Origin: a candidate division FCPU426 bacterium
GTDB lineage: Bacteria > Oederibacteriota > Muellerivitia > Muellerivitales > Muellerivitaceae
Reading direction: 5' to 3'
Length of the DNA stretch: 49,016 nt
Assembly (NCBI GenBank): GCA_963738405.1
Contig: CAVTWJ010000003.1
Location: 1-49,016, forward strand
Every line of letters begins with the position of its first letter. Position 1 is the first letter of the stretch. The translations under genes and the position numbers were made by a program. Positions 47,526 through 49,016 of this stretch are shown one piece after another. Under the pieces are notes generated by a model, which was not told where the DNA came from, did not search any database, and saw only the letters and a list, made by a program, of their open reading frames with translations.

Positions 47526-47619
47526 ACCCTTTTGGCAGAAATCGATCAAGTTTCCCCTCAACTTTTCCAGGCCTTTTTGTTAAGCTTTCCCTCCTAAATT
47601 CAGCTTTTTGGAAGAAAAA

Positions 47620-49016
47620 ATGGCCGAATATAAGCATACTTTAAACATTACCCAAACTTCCTTTCCGATGAAAGCCAACCTACCCCAGACCGAACCGGAA
47701 AGGTTGAAGCTTTGGGAACAATTGGGCTTTTACCAACGAAACTTCGCTCGGCCTGGCGCTCCCCGGTATGTCCTTCATGACGGCCCGCCTTTCGCTAATG
47801 GCGACATCCATATGGGGCACGCGCTTAATAAAGTCTTAAAAGATATCATCGTTAAATACCGGGCCTTGCGGGGGAATGACACCCCCTATGTCCCTGGGTG
47901 GGATTGCCATGGCATGCCTATTGAGCACAAAGTGGTGGAGCAACTGGGTTCTAAAGCCAAGAACATGTCGAAAGTCGAAATTAGGGGCGAATGCCGTAAA
48001 TATGCCGAGAAGTTCCTGAACCGGCAGAGGGATGAATTTAAGCGGCTGGGTATTTTGGGCGACTTTAACCATCCCTATATGACCATGGACCCTTCCTATG
48101 AACTTTCCCTGGTAAAGGCTCTCACCCAAATGCTGTCGGAAGGTTATGTCAGCCGTCGTTTACGCCCGATCCATTGGTGCCCGGTATGCAAATCCGCCTT
48201 GGCCGAGGCCGAGGTGGAATACGCGGATCATGAATCCCTGTCGGTCACCGTGGCTTTTCCCGTCAAACAGCTTCCGGAAGGTGTTTTCCCAAACACCCCG
48301 CGCAAAAACCTTTCATTTCTTATTTGGACCACCACTCCCTGGACTCTTCCGGCGAATCTAGGTATTTCGGTTCATCCTGATTTTGAATATGTGACCGTTC
48401 AGGTTGGCGAGGCTTATTACATCGCCGCCAAGGTTCTTCTTTCTCAAGTGGCGGAAATCAGTGGGTGGAAATCAGGCGAGTACAAAGTGATCGACGAAAC
48501 TAAGGGGGAAAAGCTGGACCGGGCTGTTGGTCTTCACCCTTTTTTAGATCAGGAATCCTTGGTGATGGTCGGCACCCATGTGACGGCCGATACCGGAACC
48601 GGTTTGGTCCATACCGCTCCAGGCCATGGGCGGGAAGACTATGAGATCGGCTTGAAATATAACCTGCCGGTTTATTCCCCCGTTAATGAGGCGGGAAGAT
48701 ATGACGCCCGAGTTAAAGAATATGAGGGAATGTCCGTTTGGGAAGCTAACCCCAAGATCGTTGAAAAATTGAAGGGTCTTGGCCGTCTTCTTTCCCTACA
48801 AACACTTAAACACAGTTATCCCCACTGCTGGCGCTCAAAAAATCCCATTATTTTTAGGGCCACCGCTCAATGGTTTATCGAACTGGACCATAAGGATTTG
48901 CGTCAAAGATGCCTAGCTGAAATTGAGAAGGTTCAATGGATTCCCGGTTGGGGCAAGGACCGTATCCGGAACATGGTGCAGGGCCGCAGCGATTGGTGTA
49001 TTTCCAGGCAAAGGGC
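47620..49016 (+). CDS. ileS: Isoleucine--tRNA ligase, partial (runs off the window)
   Basis: TSFPMKANLP, LHDGPPFANGDIHMGH, PGWDCHGMPIE, IWTTTPWTLPAN, GTGLVHTAPGHG, DWCISRQR. Confidence 0.97.
   Translation, partial: MAEYKHTLNITQTSFPMKANLPQTEPERLKLWEQLGFYQRNFARPGAPRYVLHDGPPFANGDIHMGHALNKVLKDIIVKYRALRGNDTPYVPGWDCHGMPIEHKVVEQLGSKAKNMSKVEIRGECRKYAEKFLNRQRDEFKRLGILGDFNHPYMTMDPSYELSLVKALTQMLSEGYVSRRLRPIHWCPVCKSALAEAEVEYADHESLSVTVAFPVKQLPEGVFPNTPRKNLSFLIWTTTPWTLPANLGISVHPDFEYVTVQVGEAYYIAAKVLLSQVAEISGWKSGEYKVIDETKGEKLDRAVGLHPFLDQESLVMVGTHVTADTGTGLVHTAPGHGREDYEIGLKYNLPVYSPVNEAGRYDARVKEYEGMSVWEANPKIVEKLKGLGRLLSLQTLKHSYPHCWRSKNPIIFRATAQWFIELDHKDLRQRCLAEIEKVQWIPGWGKDRIRNMVQGRSDWCISRQR

Overview
Bacterial chromosomal segment from a diderm, sigma54-using lineage. 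The GH44 with a Thr/Pro linker and a 'PNP...LANGLYY' C-terminal domain recalls poorly characterised candidate phyla; this is inference only. Housekeeping genes: rpe, two pilT paralogues, yaeQ, a PASTA protein, rlmN, hisG, typA, smc, ftsY, glgA and a partial ileS. There is also a six-PAS histidine kinase with an NtrC-type regulator, followed by a sigma54 promoter. No intact rRNA, tRNA, CRISPR array, integrase or transposase was seen. Most notable: (1) Two integrase-free toxin-antitoxin cassettes are bracketed by duplicated 3' ends of protein-coding genes (a TPR gene x3, typA x2), and the copies differ largely at synonymous positions. (2) A diguanylate cyclase fused to an AMPK-beta-type glycogen-binding module lies directly behind glgA. 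(3) A membrane-anchored winged-HTH gene is preceded by a two-module array of about 13 ATTGTGCCA boxes, inside a small island with tRNA-3'-end-like scars. (4) A CxxC/polyproline leader gene lies upstream of a Cys-motif outer-membrane barrel. (5) A dispersed palindromic repeat family is present, with one copy carrying a nested insertion. (6) Several enzymes look catalytically degenerate. All calls come from reading the sequence; no searches were run.
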